Source of the DNA: Mobula birostris
Taxonomy: Eukaryota
Reading direction: 5' to 3'
Assembly: GCF_030028105.1 (NCBI RefSeq)
Contig: NC_092374.1
Coordinates: forward strand, 193,993,345-194,057,344
DNA length: 64,000 nucleotides
Positions 61,440 to 64,000 of this stretch are shown here, piece by piece (positions within the stretch are counted from its first letter, which is position 1; the number at the start of each line of letters is the position of its first letter). The notes under the pieces were generated by a model. That model was not told where the DNA came from. It ran no database searches and saw only the letters and a list, made by a program, of their open reading frames with translations. The translations under genes and the position numbers were made by a program.

Positions 61440-62115
61440 AATAAAATGCTGTTCTTGGACTACAGTTCAGCATTCAACACCATAATTCCCTCCAGGATCG
61501 AAAAGAAGCTCAGAGATCTCAGACTTAATGCTGCCTTGTGTTGCTGGATCTTGGACTTCCTGTCAGATCGTCAGCAGCTGGTGCGATTGGGCTCCCTCAC
61601 CTTTCCCCTCTGACCCTCAAAACAGGTGACACTCACGCCAGTGTACTAAGCCACCTCTTACTCTCTGTCCAACTTGCCAATTAAATTTGCAGGTGATATA
61701 TTAATTGGCCTTATCTCAAGTAATAACTGGGCAGTCGACAGAGAAGAAGTGATCACGCGGACACTGGTGCAAACAAAACAACCTCTCCCTCAATGTCGCA
61801 AAAACAAAGGAGCTGGTTGTGGATTACAGGAGGAATGGAGACAGGCTAACCCCTATTGACATCAATGGATCTGGGGTTGAGAGGGTGAACAGCTTTAAAT
61901 TCCTCAGCATACACATCACCAAGGATCTCATGTGGTCTGTACATACTGGCTATGTGGTGAAAAAGGCACAACAGCGCCATTTTCACCTCAAATGGTTGAA
62001 GAAGTTTGGTATGGGCCCCCAATTCCTAAGAACATTCTACAGAGGCACAATTGAGAGCATCCTAACTGGCTGCTTCACTGCCTGGTATGGGAACTGTAAC
62101 TCCCTTAATCACAGG
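61440..62115 (+). mobile_element. Rex1/Babar-type LINE fragment cut by an LTR insertion
   Basis: VERVNSFKFLSIHITKDLMW...FYRGTIESILTGC, stopping abruptly at the LTR start. Confidence 0.75.
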
Positions 62116-64000
62116 TGTTATCTGTCCACAGTATCGATTCCCGTGAATGCCCCATGACCTTGTTAACTGTGAGCCTCACATGATGGCATATCTCACTGGT
62201 ATAAAAAGGGGGGCCGCCGATAGTTGGGAGTCGCTTTGCTGGGGAATCGCAGTGGTAGAAGGAGAGAGAGTGAAAATTGGAGGCTCCGAACGAACCGAAA
62301 GGATTGGGGTTAATCAACGGCATGCAGTGCATTTCAGGTGTGACTGACACTGGGTATAATCCATACGTGGCACGGCCTTTTGTTAACCCTTACATGGTTT
62401 GGGTGTTGTGTGCTGACCACTTCGGCGAAAGGTCAGTTACTTTGAGAAAACTCACTCTTCGTAGACTGTCCTTCTCGGCTGGGATCAGCGTCAACGGTTT
62501 CTTCGTTTTTTCAAGAATCGCCTCATCGCTGCTTCGTGAACTCTCTCCTCTCACTTATTTCATGAATCACTTGGACCTCTTAGACTACCACTTTAAAACT
62601 GTGCTTGAGTAAGATCTGTTAAAAATTGTCTCTAAGTTCGACTGTTTGATAGCTATACACGCATAACACTGTTAACTTCCGTTTAAGTTAGTCGTTTGTT
62701 TACTTTTCTATGTTTTTGAGTAAAGGTTAATAAATATCTTTGTTTATCTATAAAAACCCGACTTAATTTCATATCTATTGCTGCTGGTACGTAAGATAAA
62801 AATTGAGGGCTCGTCCGGATATGAACAAATTCAGAGCTTATTGATTGTTTAATTATCGATCTGATTGGGAAAAGGGAAATACCCAATTCTTTTTGTTTGA
62901 TTGGTTTGTGTGTGGTGATCAGCAGCAATGGATGTTGGGGACTTTCTGGAATCACAACCCCTGAGGGATTAGAGAAAGTGAAAAAGGGTGAGGTGCTGGA
63001 GATTGCTAAAGAACTGAAGCTTACAGGGATAACGACGACTACAACAAAGCCAGTGATTCAGAGGAAAATAGCTGAGTATTATATAGCTACGAAATTGTTT
63101 GATGAAGAGATGTTAGAGAAGTTTGCTACAAGTAAACTTGAGATGCAGCTACAACTGGAACAAATTAAGTTAGAGAGATTTAACGTATAGGTGGCGGAAA
63201 GGGACAGAGATAAAGAGAGAGAAGCTGCAGAAAAACAAAGGCAATTTCAGCTAGTGATAGAGAAGTTAAGGCTGGAGAAGCAAGCTGGTTCGAGGAAACT
63301 GGTTGTACCGTTTGTTGCTAGTCAGGAAATTAAATTGGTTCCTCTAGTTAATGAGGCAGAAGTTGATAACTACTTCCAGCATTTTGAAAAAGTTGCTCGG
63401 AGTTCACAGTGGCCGAAAGAGGGCTGGCTCGTCCTTTTACAAAGTGTAATGAAAGGTAAAACACAACAGGTTTATACGGCCTTAACCAGTGAACAGGCTG
63501 CTGATTACGATACTGTGAAGCAGGTTATATTTAAAGGTTATGAACTAGTTCCGGAAGCTTATAGACAAAGATTTAGGAGTCTGAAGACATCTGTGAACCA
63601 GACTTATGTGGAATTTGCCTATGACAATTCTGTGTGTTTTGAGCGCTGGTGCATCTCTAAAAATGTGAATGGAGGTTAAGACAAGTTGAAAGAGTTGGTT
63701 TTAATTGAGGAATTTAAAAGGTGCGTCCCTAATGACATAAAGGCATATTTGGATGAGAAAGACACTGCCACATTGCAACAGTCTGCTAAATTAGCAGATG
63801 AGTTTGCTCAAACCCACAAGGGTAAGTTTACTCCGAGTCAAATTTTCCAAAAGAATAGCATGGATAGTCAGGGTAAACCAGAAATTAAGTCGGAAGCTAG
63901 TGATAAAGGAAAAACATTTTGGTCCTATTTGTCTCTATTGTAGGAAATCTGGTCATGTTATGGCTAACTGCTTCTGTCTGAAGAAGAAGCAAAAGGAAGC
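62116..64000 (+). mobile_element. Second Gmr1-like LTR element: 5' LTR, PBS and gag; runs off the window
   Basis: LTR about 62116-62796 with TATAAAA near 62200, and PBS TGAGGGCTCGTCCGGAT (62804-62820, tRNA-Pro-like). Gag has two in-frame stops, YFQHFEKVA..WPKEGWLVLLQSV and CLYCRKSGHVMANC, and is homologous to the gag at 52.3-53.8 kb. Confidence 0.88.

Overview
Repeat-rich vertebrate genomic DNA, probably from a cartilaginous fish (inferred from CR1, Rex1/Babar, Penelope and V-SINE content). The six-frame ORF track mostly misses the main feature: one + strand multi-exon gene (ATG 4169 to about 59-60 kb) that I assembled by hand from splice sites and exon phases. It encodes a type I receptor of about 461 aa with a signal peptide and two intact germline-joined VJ-type Ig domains resembling NKp30/NCR3. 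A third, duplicated V exon has been split by a LINE insertion. The TM has no charged residue. The cytoplasmic tail is built from about 11 micro-exons and carries YxxM (LIYTPM), an ITIM (IQYAEI) and a hemITAM-like motif (DDGYDEL). One internal exon has a GG acceptor instead of AG, and the 3' end is ambiguous. Introns contain CR1, Rex1/Babar and Penelope retroelements, hAT and mariner MITEs, SINEs, two satellites and a Gmr1-like LTR retrotransposon (integrase before RT). A second related LTR element lies downstream of the gene. Exon coordinates are base-exact by hand count. Repeat boundaries are approximate, and family names come from motif recognition, not database searches.
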